Shown here: positions 32,473 through 44,885 of the stretch, piece by piece
Position numbering within the stretch: the stretch's first letter is position 1
Layout: every line of letters begins with the position of its first letter
Assembly: GCA_905178155.1 (NCBI GenBank)
Contig: CAJINV010000001.1
Location: 5,002,747 to 5,066,746, forward strand
Direction: 5' to 3'
Length of the DNA: 64,000 nt
Source: Amoebophrya sp. A120
Lineage: Eukaryota; Protista; Dinoflagellata
Made by a program: the position numbers and the translations under genes
The notes under the pieces: generated by a model
The model's input: the letters and a program-made list of their open reading frames with translations, nothing else
The model's database searches: none
What the model was told of the DNA's origin: nothing

Positions 32473-32557
32473 GCCAAGACTGATAGCTGCCAGCTATCAC
32501 TCTTGGCTTCAATAAGTAACGCCGACCCATCTATTAGCTGGGTCGGCGTTACTTATT
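32473..32557. repeat. Two adjacent strong hairpins (intergenic)
   Basis: gccaagactgatagctg-c-cagctatcactcttggc (32473-32507) and aataagtaacgccgaccca-N9-tgggtcggcgttacttatt (32511-32557, perfect 19-bp stem). Confidence 0.85.
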
Positions 32558-32831
32558 TTGAAGAGATCAAATAAGGAGACCGATCGCTCAGACTAGAAGA
32601 TCTAGTACTGACAGTAGAACATTTCGATTTTGATTTTGTTTCCACGTTTCGAACGAGCGTATGGAAATCTGGGCAAACACTAACGCAGCTGCTGAGTTCC
32701 ATGCAGGTGGAGGTGGGTGCTCGCATTTACTTTTTTTCAAGAGGCTGTCCTTCGACTTCGACATCGACCCTGCTAGAGCCAACACAGCTTTTTCTTTTTG
32801 TTCATGAACCACATGAAACAACCAGCTGTAT

Positions 32832-35800
32832 CTACTCAGGTGCAAGGGACAAGTTTGCGGTTCTTGTCCTGCTTTGGTTTAATTCCGTGTCTGAAGAATC
32901 ACGGTCCAAAAGCGGTTCCTGCGAGCGAATGTTTGTTCCCTCCCTTCGTGAAGCGGCACGACCCGCGCTGCCGGGAAAGGACAGTCCGCCAGTCCAGGAA
33001 CTGAAGAGAGTCCGGATCATGCCGCTGCCGGTCGACATCGGTGACTCCAACTCGCCAAGCGCGGCAAAATCCGTCAGCTCGCGCCCGTCAGAACGCGCGG
33101 AGGTGGCGGGAAGTGCAATATTACCGGTAGTAGATCTCGCAGAGGTAGAAGACGATGCGGGGGCGGCAGAAATTGGTCCTCTACTAGTGCTTCCGGCCAG
33201 TCTAGTACTGAAATCTTCACCGGGCACAGAATGACCGCCGAGTAGTGGTCTCATTGCAGCAGCTGTTGCCGACGACTGTCGCAGCAATTCCTGTGGAGAC
33301 GTCCGCGCCCGAATCTTGTTCTTCTGCTTCTTTAGTCCGCCGGTTCCGGTACTACTTTTCGCACCATTATAGCGATCACTGGAAGAACTACTGGTACGAG
33401 TACTACCGCGCGTCGACATGCTTGTCCCGGTCTTGTTCATCGCTGTTCCACGCGATGTGCCTACTCCTTCCTCCTCTACTTCTTCCGTCACTTGTAACGC
33501 TCGGTACTTGGTCTTCTTCGACCTGCTTCGCCGCGACGTAGAGCCCACTTCTGTGCTTCCGGACGAATCCTGAACCACAACTTCAACGGCGCCTCTTTTG
33601 TACTTTCCAACTGATGTTCTCCTCCCGGAGGACGAAAACTTTATTTCCGACTCCACGCCGTCGTCGATCTGGATGCCTTCGTCCGATGAAGTAGAAGTAC
33701 TCTCGCTTGTGTCGTAATCTGCCGATGTTGATCCTGTTGCGTTCTTCTTGTTTCTGCAACTTTTTCTTTTTCGTCCCCCGCGGGTCGTACTGTTAGAAGT
33801 TGTCTCGCCAGGGCCCGGCAGCGTAGTTGTGCTCGTCGTGTCTCCTCCCTCAGTGTCTTCGACATCCGAATCCTCAGACGCGGCACCACCTCCGGGTGGC
33901 GACTTACTTTCCCTGCGCTTCTTCCGTTGTGGTGACTTTCCGTTGGCGTCGTCCATCCCTGTGTCGTCGTCAGACGAACTTGACGACGATGTTGACCTCC
34001 CCTCGCCCGAACTTCCACGACGGTTGCGCGAGGACGTCCGCCGCAGCCGAGGGAAGCTGACGTGCTTGTCGAACTGGGAGCGGAACTATGAATGTGGACA
34101 ACTTCTTGGTTCCACAGAAGGACCTAACGCCAACGATGAAAAAAATTATACATGCAAAATAATCTTCAATGAAACGCAAACGACACTGAGCACCTCCTTC
34201 CGTCACTACAACCTGCAGGAGCACTGCAGCTGCACCAATTAGCACGACGAAGATCCATGGGCGAGCTTTCGTCGTGTATGGTTTGAAATCTATCAATTTC
34301 TGCTAATGTAGCCTCTGCTGCTGTTCGTGTTCTACTACGTACAAATGCGGGGAGCAAAGCGGGTGAAAACTATAAGATTGTCCACTTTGATAGGCACAGC
34401 GGGCACTTTTCTTCGCGGAGCGACCGCAGACAGACCGAGCAGGTGCTGCAGTGGCGGCAGGGGAGCAGCATGCAGTTTTTCGTGCGCTCGTAGCAAATCA
34501 TGCACTCCGCGCTGGCTGGGTCCTCCGGCTCGGCGTCTTCGAACCCGTAGATTGCAGCGAGCTCCACCGCATCTTCGCCGGCAATGGCCACTTGCCGGAT
34601 GAGCTCCAGTGGCAGGAGCTGGGAGGTGCTGGTGGACGTAGTCTTTGCCGCCGCTTGTTGGCCAGCACCTCCGCGTGGAGGCGGCACGCTGTTGATCTTC
34701 CACAGAGACGCTTCGACGTCGGCAGTCACCACTGGTTTCCCGCCTATCCGCGCCCGTGGCCCGCCGCGCCTGCTGGGATTGATGGTCTTCGCTCTCGACG
34801 ACGCGTGTTGCGGATCATTGCGATAGTTGGCATTTTTGGACGACGCGGTCGTGGTCGACGAGGAGGGTGACACTGTCACTGAACTTCTTCTTGTTGAATG
34901 TCTTTCGTAATCCGCCGGGGAAACTGTTTGAAGGAGGAAAAGCATGGGCACCCGTCGCTGCCGCACCAGGTCCAGGTCGATGTTTGGCACGGACAGCGAA
35001 ACGTGCTGAGAGACAACCTGCTGCTCCACAACCTCCTGGTCACCTGCTGTAGTACGACTTGTTGGACCTCCGGATGATGCTGTTCTCGTGCTCCTGGTAA
35101 TATCATTCGTAATTGGTGCTTCTTCAAGTTCATCAACCAAGAACTCGTGCATGCCGGACCGGTACCGCGCGTCCACATTTTCCCCGGGAAACAGATCATC
35201 GTCCTCATCTGGCTCGTAGTCTGTTCGTCCGGTACTGCTGGAAGTTGAGACAACGCGGCTCCGACTGCTGGCCATCGAAATCAGGGTCTGACTATCCTCT
35301 GCGCGCACGCCTAATAGCAACTCCGCGCGGACCAGCCTGACTTGTGCCGGGGACACCGCCAGATCTATTTCGAACTGAACAGTTGTGGAGGAGGCAGAAG
35401 AAGATGAACCAGTGTTGGTTTTACTTTTTGCTGTAGCTGCGAGGCCTGCTGTTCCTGTATTTTCGAAACCTTCACTGCCGCCCGTGGCGCGACCACGCTT
35501 GCTGGCAGGCGATGCGTTCTGTGGAGAGGTAGCCGAAGTTGACGTGGTCGCTGCCGAGGAAGCATTGCTACTAACAGGAGCAGTCGTGGAAGTAGATGAC
35601 AGCAACGTGAGCCGCACACTCTCGGTGATCGCGTGGCACGGCACCACGCACCGCTGGATGGGAACGCTCGGCTGCCGGTAGCGCATGCGGAGAATCTGCT
35701 TCATATGCATTTTCTCCAGCTGCCGCATGTCCCACTGGTACGGACCTAGAAGTACAATTTTACATTTACGATCACGATTTATTTCCACGAAAATGAATGA

Positions 35801-36419
35801 TCACAACACGTGTAGTTCTTTTGGACGTATCAGCTACTTTTACTGCACTGTCCTCGTCGGCGGGTTCCTCATCGCAGCGAACCGCGGAGAACTACAAACC
35901 AAAAAATCAGCAAGAAATCCATCAACAACGTCCATGACCACGCGACTGTCGATGTATATGAAGATAAGTACTCATGCCCGCAAGTTGCAGCACCCTCACG
36001 TCCCCAAGTTCCAACGCCTTGTGAGTTTCCAGATACTGTGCCCACGTGTGCGCAATTTTCGCCGCCCACAGGATATTCCCTGAAAATTTAGTACCATCCG
36101 TTTGAACCAACTTGAACTTGTCATGCAAAGCATCTTCTCGGAGTACGTAGATCTAGATTTTTTTGTTTCTTTTTCATATAAAAAGTGGATGGAGAACAAG
36201 ATGGTATATTTTCACGGGTGGATACAGGACCAGCAGCACGAACAAGACAACACTCCCGAGGTTGAACAACCCCGGAGAGTACGAGGTCAGCACGGTTGCC
36301 GAATTCAGGAGGTCATTGCCGCCTAACAGCACGCTTGCCGTTGTAGCGGTTCTTGCAGAAGACGACACGACGGGTGGAAAGGCGGCTACCATCGAGGCAT
36401 CACGCATCTTGACTTGCAA
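32832..36419 (-). CDS. RING-type E3 ubiquitin ligase, LOG2/MGRN1(RNF157)-like, multi-exon, with possible N-terminal transmembrane segment
   Basis: LIRQVAIAGEDAVELAAIYG followed by CMICYERTKNCMLLPCRHCSTCSVCLRSLREEKCPLC|RSQF (C3HC5-type RING). Removing 34087-34392 joins it to the 32832-33956 ORF. 5' exons are approximate. Confidence 0.8.
34087..34392. mobile_element. Introner, family 4 (306 bp), TSD GGAAC/GGCAC
   Basis: TIRs tatgaatgtggacaa / ttgtccactttgata. Removal restores the RING end CPLCRSQF and a long open frame. Confidence 0.85.
35747..36090. other. Probable non-canonical intron (eroded introner) with TA...TA ends and direct repeat GGACC/GTACC
   Basis: Removal joins KLVQTDG to PYQWDMRQLE in frame. 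The inverted repeat is very weak. Confidence 0.4.
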
Positions 36420-38097
36420 TTGAAGTGCCTTTGTTTATTCCTCCAGTTTGTTATTATATGTACTTACAACTACACACCACCACGGCGACGCGTGCGCGTC
36501 TTTTACTACGGGCGACTCTGATAGAAGTACGCCAAACTACACTCGAAAAGAAGAAGAAGTAAACTTCGTCTTGCGCTGGGCGCAATTTCTAAAAGACGAT
36601 CTTTGAAGATGGTGGAACTATGGCTACCTTCTTTCACTGTCAAGAAGGGTGGCTATTTGATAGCCCTCGCGGAAAAAATATTTTCTCTCTCTGGGATAAT
36701 AGCTAGATGTGCAGGCTTCAAATTAACAGCTTGAGAGCGACTTCAGAATGACCCGCGATGTAGTTTTATCTACATTTCTGTCGGTGGCCTGCTGCAGCGA
36801 CAACGACTTAGTCAAGCAGCAAAGAAAGCGGCGCTGATGTCGTACATCTCTTGGCGTACTGATGGACAGCACCAAGAGTAAGTAGTACTCCTCATTGTGT
36901 GAAGAAAACTCGTCGTCCGACGAAAATCACGAACACATACTCTGCATCGACGGCACTCGCATCGGCCGATGGAGCTACACTTCTTCCACAAGAGGAGCGT
37001 CAAAGAACGCAGCTCCCGCATAAACAAATTGTTTTATTGCAATGGCATGGCGTGGCATGCGTCTTGCCGTGCATGTTCTTCGATCAGATAAAAGAGGTGT
37101 GGTCGATGAAATCGGAATACTGGTTAACTGTTTTGATGAACTTTTTGGTGGTCCGCGTACGGGTAGGCAAGGGAGTTGTAGTGCTCCGGTTGTAGCAAAT
37201 TGAAAGACGCGCCATTATAGGCGTCTAATTTTTATATGTTTGTGGTGAGGGGGGGCAACCCCTCACCAGATCCAGACTTAGGTGTGCACCTCTGGTTCGC
37301 AATCGTCGCTGCCTCCAAACGACGCGCGCTGGTGCTATTGTTTGGTCTCCCGCAACTTCAACGCAAGAATTATCCGATAAGTCGTTGCCCTGGCCAGGCC
37401 GCAATAGCTCCGCTTTCGCGGTGCGGCCTTGCCCAGCAAGTAAGTCTAGTAGGGTGAAGAACCTGGCATAAGAAATTGTCTACGTTTATTGCGCAGCGGT
37501 TATCTTTATTTTTACCGCTCCCCGTCAGTGCAACTCCGTCCTGCTTGCGCTTACCTTGAGGACATACAACGACGGCGTGTTGCAATCTTCATATTCTTGG
37601 CCTCAATTTTTTTCCTCGCCTGTCCCAGAAGCGGTGAATATACGCGGCCTGCTCCACCGAGCTTGTTTTCTAGCTCCGCGCTGGTAAGTTTAAGTAGGTA
37701 TCACTCTGTAGTGCCTTTCTTCGGTGCGAATACTTCGACTACTTGCTCCTACAGCTCCAAGACCTGGGAGCGTAGGCCGCAAGCACATCTAAATATTCAG
37801 CCTAGACGTTGCGACGTTTAGTTAGAAGCAAGTAGTGGGTTCTTGCGGCCCTACAAAAAAAGAGGCTACAGTTGCTTTTGTCACAATTTCCTAGTAGCGT
37901 CACGCATCGTTCTATTTCATTCAGCCTTGGCATTTAGATTGATTTGAAGCTTGTTGCTCTTGTAAAAGTCGAAAGTCATCATCATCATCATCAACTGCTT
38001 TAATCCGTGGTGTTTCTGTGTAGCTTCGCGATTAAGTTCTTTCATGGATGTGCAGTGCTTTTGCTATCTCCTGGCCCTGTGGGACCCCTCAAACTCA

Positions 38098-38830
38098 TCA
38101 CACGACGGGGGTGGCTGCAGTCCAGATCTTCGTGGCGTTGTTCTGCTGGAATGTGTGCCCCAGTACTGTTGCCTCCTCCATCCCGGAATTTTCGCAGAAG
38201 AAGAAGCCTGTTACCCGAAAACTAATGTGTTCGCCGCTTTCCGCCAAGACAGAGAAATTGTACTTAGACCGCGACTGCTTTCCCCACACTTTCCCGTCGA
38301 TTTGTAATAGCAATTTTTTATTTGCTTCCTCAGTCTCTCGTCGTTGCTGCTCCAATCGCCTCTGCCTCTCCTCTTCCATTGCTGTCCGTTTTTCTGTTTT
38401 CGGGCGCCCCGCTACTATTCCTCTCTGCTTCTTTATCGGCTGTATCGGTTTCTTTTTCGACAGTGTTGCCCGCAATGCTGCTGCTGTTGGTTTTGCTTCT
38501 TTGAGTGCCTGCATTGAGAGGCCGAACGCATAAAAGTCGTCTTCGAGCTGCCGACCCCATACAGATTTGTTGCTGAGCTCTTTCTCTATGCGGGAGACAG
38601 AGCCCTCCGCCTCATCGCCTCTGCACGCATGGGCAACCCACCCAAGACGCCTGGTGGCGATTTCTACTTCTAGCGGCTGCACACCGAGATCGGTGCACAG
38701 CTGGAGGCGGTTCCTGTCCTGGTTTTTGTAGTGCCCGCCTAGGGCGTATCACATATTGAAGTAAGAATCTCCTGCTCAACACCTTTGCACGATCCAGGTA
38801 CACAGCCGTAGGCCTGTCGAGGAAGGAGCA
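38098..38830 (-). pseudogene. Degenerate, 5'-truncated non-LTR retrotransposon fragment (post-RT region, RTE-like)
   Basis: LCTDLGVQPLEVEIATRRLGWVAHACR resembles the post-RT RRLxWxGHxxR motif. An upstream AYGC is separated from it by a stop/frameshift. Confidence 0.5.
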
Positions 38831-40769
38831 CTGTTTAGATATTATGCTGTAGCTCTTGTCCCCTAAGATTTCAGTTGTGACAACGAAGCTGTATCTCGTC
38901 TGCTAAAAAAGTCTTGACCCCTCGTTCTCGTCTCCTGCAAGCCGAACTATTTATCTGTAAAATGGAATTATGCAACGCTGCGTCGATAAAAATGGATACT
39001 AGCTCAGATTTTTCTTGTGATGAAGTTGTAAAGTGGCAAATAAACAAATAGAAGATGAATAATATTCTGGGCACAGGAGGCCATCCAGACATTCTTCGCG
39101 TTTTTCGAATGTGAGGGTGGCTTCCGTGCCTTCTACACGAAATAAAATCGTCTCAGCCGCGAAAACCATCTCGACTACTTTGTGTTTCTGTTCTGCTTCT
39201 GTCTTCCTCTTTTGCACGAATAAAAAGAGTTCCATAAACTACGCCCGCTATGGTCCCTCTCCACCACCACTTTACGTTTATTGTAGCTGCACTCGTCGTA
39301 TAAAAATTGACAAGCATTTTCAGTCCAAGGACCTAGCAGTGGAGAAGCCAATTTTAGATCTTTTCAGTCGATTAAAAAGTAGAGACAAGCAGAAGTATTT
39401 GTTTTTCGATCGGTCTTGTTGAGTGGCGTTCTTTTCCGCCGAGATGCATAACCACGGACTGAGGATTTTCTTCGATAATTTTTGCTTCCCACTCGCGAAC
39501 ATGAGTAGCAAGGAGAATTTTTACAATCGTGATCGTAGCTTTTATCTGCGAGGTCGAAAACAAAACTTAAACAGGCAAGAATGGAAGGTCGTCTTAAAAA
39601 GCAGCTGCATATTGTTGATCTCGATTATTTGCTGAAAGATGTAAAATGTTTCGTGGCGTCGCGAATGTTGATAGACTTCTAAATACGTCGAACGAAAAAT
39701 TTGTTGTAAAACGAGTAAAAGCATAAACAGGTAAAAAAATCATCAAAAGCCATGCTCCACAGAAAGATAAAAAAATCATTCTGCGAGCAGACCTCTGTTT
39801 TGGTGTGCTGCTAGGTACCAGGAATTCACAAGCAGTGAGTTCAAATCGGGATCCTAACGCATCTCTTTTAGTTTTAAACATACTTACATCCAAACTAGAA
39901 ATAATAGTATTTGCTCTTTGTCTTTTGTTATGTTTTCTGACTAGTATCTGAAAAACCTTGGTGACCTTCATAATAAAGCATGCTCGTACTTGCTTGATGA
40001 CGGCGCTACAACAGACAAACAGTTCTACGACAATCATTTGATTTTGATACAACATAGGCCTGGGAGGGTGCAGCAACCTTTTTCGGCGGTTTAGGTTTAC
40101 TCATTCCGGAACTCACGCTCAATCGTGCATGCACCTGCGGCATTCTTTTAGGACGTCCACAACAACTTGTATCTACCATCAATTTGATTTCCCTACTTCT
40201 CGGAATCCTCATGAGAGAAAAGCCGGTTGCTGGTGGTCCTTGCTGGCTGTAAGGAAAGTAGTTTCGTACGTCGCAGAGTCGCAAAGGTGGAAGTAGTACT
40301 TGTACTGTGGTGATACTTTATTTAATAGTGCGGCGCTGCATCGATTGACATTGATTTGGTGCAAGCGGCATGTATCTTCTCCCGCACCGCGGTAGAGAGT
40401 CCAAAGTGTAGTCTAAGTCTTGGTGGCCACAGGGCCTTCTGGTGCCGCTCGGCCGAAGGACGAGCAATTAGCTCATCCTTCTACCGCTTCAACTACTGCG
40501 GGCGCGGGAGGACAAATTACTCGCTCTATCGTCGCGAAAGATACAGTACTAGGATTGCGTTATTTGGTGACACCGTTCTTGTCGGCGGTCGCGGTGAACA
40601 AACGTCGTGAGTGTGGCAACAGGAGGTCGTGCGCGTTTGGGTCCGGAACAAGATTCTCGTAATGAGGGCAGTTTAGCGTAGTTGTTCTTGTTGGGAAAGG
40701 CAAACTACAGGGCTTCTGAACTTCTGGTGAGCAGTACCGAGGATCGATGCAGATGATGTCGTTTGTACA

Positions 40770-43700
40770 TCATTGGTACTGTCGCGACGCGTAATTGCTC
40801 GCTGGGTCGCCGGTGGAGGATGGGTTATTGGGTGCGCTGTGAGTGGTGGGCGGTTGTAGCGTTTTCGACCACGATTGCGTGGGCGGACGGGGAGGTCGCT
40901 TGCTCTGCCACGGCGGCGACGCAATACTGCTTTCGCGGCTCGTCTGCTGCTGCTGTGAGCTGCCTCCACCGTGGTCTCCGCTGGCGGCCCGGCGCGAAGC
41001 CGCGGCGCCGGGCACGGGGTCAGTCAGCGTGCGCGCCGCGATGCGGGCCTGCTGCTGCTGATAGGCGTGGTTGTTGATGTAGCCCTGCTGCTGCGCCAGG
41101 TGCTTCTGGTCGCACCGCGGACTGGAATTATACGTGGCTGATATCGGTGCGGGGTAGCTGTACCCGCCGCGACTGCTCGTGCTGTTGTTCCACGAATTGT
41201 TGTTTCCACCATGCGTCTGTTGCCCTGGTGCCCCGCCTCCTGCCCCTGTCTGCATCGGATACAAGTAACTTCGCCCGCCCGGCGCCAATGGCACTGTGCG
41301 CGAACTTGTATTTATTGCTCCGGTGGAATTATTCGCACCATGCTGCGAGGGCGTCGACGTCCAAGATGTTGTTGTACTAGTCGGTGCTCCTGTTGTTCCT
41401 GTTGCGCCGTGTTGGTGCGGCAGTTGATTCAAACTAATGTGGTGATGACCAAGAGGACCTCCACTGTTACTATGTTGTGGCGCACCAGCCTGATGGAAAC
41501 TGTGCTGCAGATTGTTGTTGTACTGTGCATGATGCGCTCCGCCTGCACCATTGTAGCCCCCGTTCATCATATTACCTGTTGCAGTAGATCCGTTCGCGCC
41601 CCAGCGACGAAGCGAGGGTGACGCGCTGTGGTGCTGTTGCATGCGGCTGTTCGGCGTGCTGTTTGGCGTGCAGTTCGTGCTGCTGGTCACCGAGCTACTG
41701 GTCGTTTCCCAGCCGCCCCCCGTGGCCGTGTTGTTAACATAATTGCTGCCGTGGTAATTCTTGTTGCTGTTGCTGTTGTACGGGCCGCCCCCACCTCCCC
41801 GGCCGCTGTTATTCAACATCATGCCACCCCCGTTTGTTCCCACTCCGCCATGGTGACCTGCGCCCTTCGCAGCCCGGCTGTCGTGGCCGTAGTACCAGTC
41901 GTCGTGGTAATCGTAGCGGTAGTAGTGGTAATACGACCCTACCCGCGTGTTGTAGTTGTTCCGCCGGTACTGCTCCCTTTCCCGCTCCCGCGCTCCCGGA
42001 CTGGGCCAGAAGCTACTCGTTTTGTACAAGTCTTCCGCCCGGTTGTAAGAACTGTTAATATTGGACGTCGTCCCTCCCCCTCCGTTGTTGTAGCTCATCG
42101 CAGCCGTGGTGGTGTTTGCACCCGATCTGGACGTGGACGAGTCGTAGAGGGAAGTCGTGTCGTACAGGCGATGCGCGTGCTCCACGCCCTGCTCTAAGGC
42201 GCGCGCCCGGGCGCGACGGGCCGCGGCCTCGCGGCTCCAGTACTCCTGGTATGCCCGGGCAATCGCGGCGTAGTTGTAGTGCCCGGTGGACGTCACTTGC
42301 AATGCCTCCACCCCGAAGTGGCGGATGATCTCCTGGACCACGCGCGCAATGTTTTTGCAGTCGTCGATGCCGCGGTGCTCCCAACCGTCAAAGTCCAGGT
42401 CGAAGTACTCGAGCATCTGCGGGATGTCGCGCGTGACAATCTCCCCGGTCAAGGCGGTAAACACCTGTTTCAAATTGCACCAGCGCTTGATCGGCGTGTT
42501 CTTGCCCCAGTACGTGTTGCTGCGCCGCTCCGGGTCGGCGACGGCGAGCTGTTTCGGCAAGCATTGCCGAAAGTCCCAGTCTCCGCAAGTGATGAACAGA
42601 ACCTTCTCCGCGGGGTATTTACCTGTTGAGAACCAATTTTTTGGCAAATCATTTTTGCGCTTCTTGTTGTCTCATCAAATCATCTTCATCTTCTTTCACA
42701 TGTTGACAAAGAGAACTAACAACTTCAACTGCACTTTTAGCACAAGCCAAGACAGCGTAAATCCGGTGGTATTCAAAATCAAAGCCTTGATGTTGATATC
42801 ACGCAAGCAGAAGAACTAGAACAAGAATTCGAACTGAGCGTGAGCGGCGAGAGCAACTATAAAAAAAACGTGAGTCTGAACTACATCAGTACTCATAAAC
42901 TGCTGCCATCGTTCCCAGACGGGATGGAAGGTGTCTGCAGTCTCGACCTGGTCCTGCGTGATGCTGGTCAGTGACTTGCAGAAAGGCGTCAGTATCGGAA
43001 AGCGGACGGGACGCACAAAGGAGTTGAACTCCTCCGTTACCGCCCACCGGGGCGGGTGAAACGAGGAGCGCTTCGTCGTGGGTGTGGGTACCGAGGACGA
43101 GGAATCAAATCCGCTGTTGGGCTTGCTACCTGGTTCAGCATCTTCCCTGCGATTTTGATGTTCCAGCTCGCCCAACCTCACTTCAACACTGGCGTGCTGT
43201 GGTCCCGTTACAACTGCTGTTCCCGCGGCGGCGCGAGTCGCGGTGGACGGCGTATCGATATCGTTACAACTTTTTTCTTCCTCCCCTGCAGCAGGCGCTG
43301 CACCGTCGACGCTGGGCGCAGCTGGAAGGTCCTTCGAGGTGCTGGGGGAGGCGGGGGTCGGACCCGAGGAGCAGCTCGCGGTGCTGCTCACGGGTAGCGA
43401 AGCGGAAGTTTCCTCTTGCTTTATTATCCCTTTGTTTTTTGAGGTAACATCAAGCGCGAGGCTAGCTGTCTCCACGACGGCTTTGTCTTCGTCATGATGG
43501 ACTACTGGTATGGCTGGCTCTTCGCTCTTTTTGCTAGTCGAAAGAGCTCCATCACCTCCTCCTGTTGCCACTACGGGTAGTTCTTGGGGGGCTCCCGCTG
43601 CTGGTGCTGTTGAACCAGGTCTACTACTGCTCTTCCCTACTAAAGATGAACCCTGTTCCGTTATTTGCAGCTCCCCGCCCGATGAAATAACGGCGCGAGA

Positions 43701-44885
43701 TATTAATTCGGATGTTGCCGAAGACAGGGGCGTGCTGACTAGCGGCTCTTCTTGGCAGGTCAAGATGACGGTCGGAAACTCGATGATTTCGTTGACGAAT
43801 CCCTCGATCTGGTGTTTCGGGTCCGCCCACTCCGGCCCATCGCGCCCGGGGTTCGGCACGCAGTTTGCCTCGAAGTCCACAATCGCGATGACCAAATCCC
43901 GGCGGCCCCGGCGGGAAGTAGAACTCCCGTGGTTGCTGCGGCCGGAAAAGGCCGTCTTCGTCGCGGTCGTGGTTCCCGTGATGTCCTCGGAGGCCGTGGG
44001 GCTCGTCGGGAGGTGGTTGTCGTGGTCACTAGCGCCGCCCCCCACGATGTTCGCGGACTTCGTGGTGGGGCAACTGTGGCTCACGGCGTCCTCCTCCTGC
44101 TCCGAGCAGAACCCGTTGCCCACCAGCATCGGAAGCGAGCTCTGACTCGAGTAGGTGCTGGGGCGCCCTCGCGGCGGGGGGGTCAAAGACTGGTCCTCCG
44201 CGTCCTCGTCCATGGCGCGGCGATGGAGAAAATTCTCGTCCTGGAGCAAATCGACCACCACCTTGTGCGGGTTGCTGTTCACGACCAAATTCACGCCGCC
44301 GCCCGGTCCGTCCGTTTGCACGCTCGCCTCGCCCTTGGATGCTACCACAGAAGATTGATGTGGGACTTCTTGCAGCTGGTTGTGATCAACATCGTGCTCC
44401 TCATGCAGCAGGGGTACAACTTGGTGGTGCAGCTGCTGCCGCGCCCCCGCGTTCGTTGTGTAGCTGCTTATTTCGTGTTGATTGTCTACTTGAACTTGTT
44501 CCTTGGAAGGAGGACCTCCTGCTTGTCTTCCCATAATAGGTCTATTCAACATCTTGCTCTTGTTGTGTTCGTCCAGGCTCAAAAACGCAGGCGCGCTGTT
44601 CGACGATATGTGGTCGTGCTGCCCTATCGCTATCGGCAACAGGTCCGGGGACGGCCGCGGACTCGAATCTCGACTGTTGTCCGACCGTTGGTCAATATGA
44701 AGTTCCACTTGTGCAGCCGGTGGGTCCTCTCGGCGCTCACCGCTGACACTCGTCGCCTCCGCGGAGTTCGTTGCTTTCATACTGTTCTTTCTATCGTTAC
44801 TTGGCGTCCGTTCTACTTGCACTTCATCACTGAGTAAACAACTAAAAATATCGACTGCTTGCTGTGCACGAATTCCTAAGTCCAA
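40770..44885 (-). CDS. ERI1-family DEDDh 3'-5' exoribonuclease with long low-complexity extensions (two main exons, intron ~42625-42870)
   Basis: IVDFEANC, EIIEFP, FNSFVRP...LTPFCKSLTSITQDQV, ITCGDWDF, WCNLKQVF, HRGIDDCKNIARVV. Confidence 0.9.

Noticed and set aside
39594-40284. 160-aa and 92-aa minus-strand ORFs as genes
   Set aside because: AT-rich, with no motifs or exon joins that could be supported.
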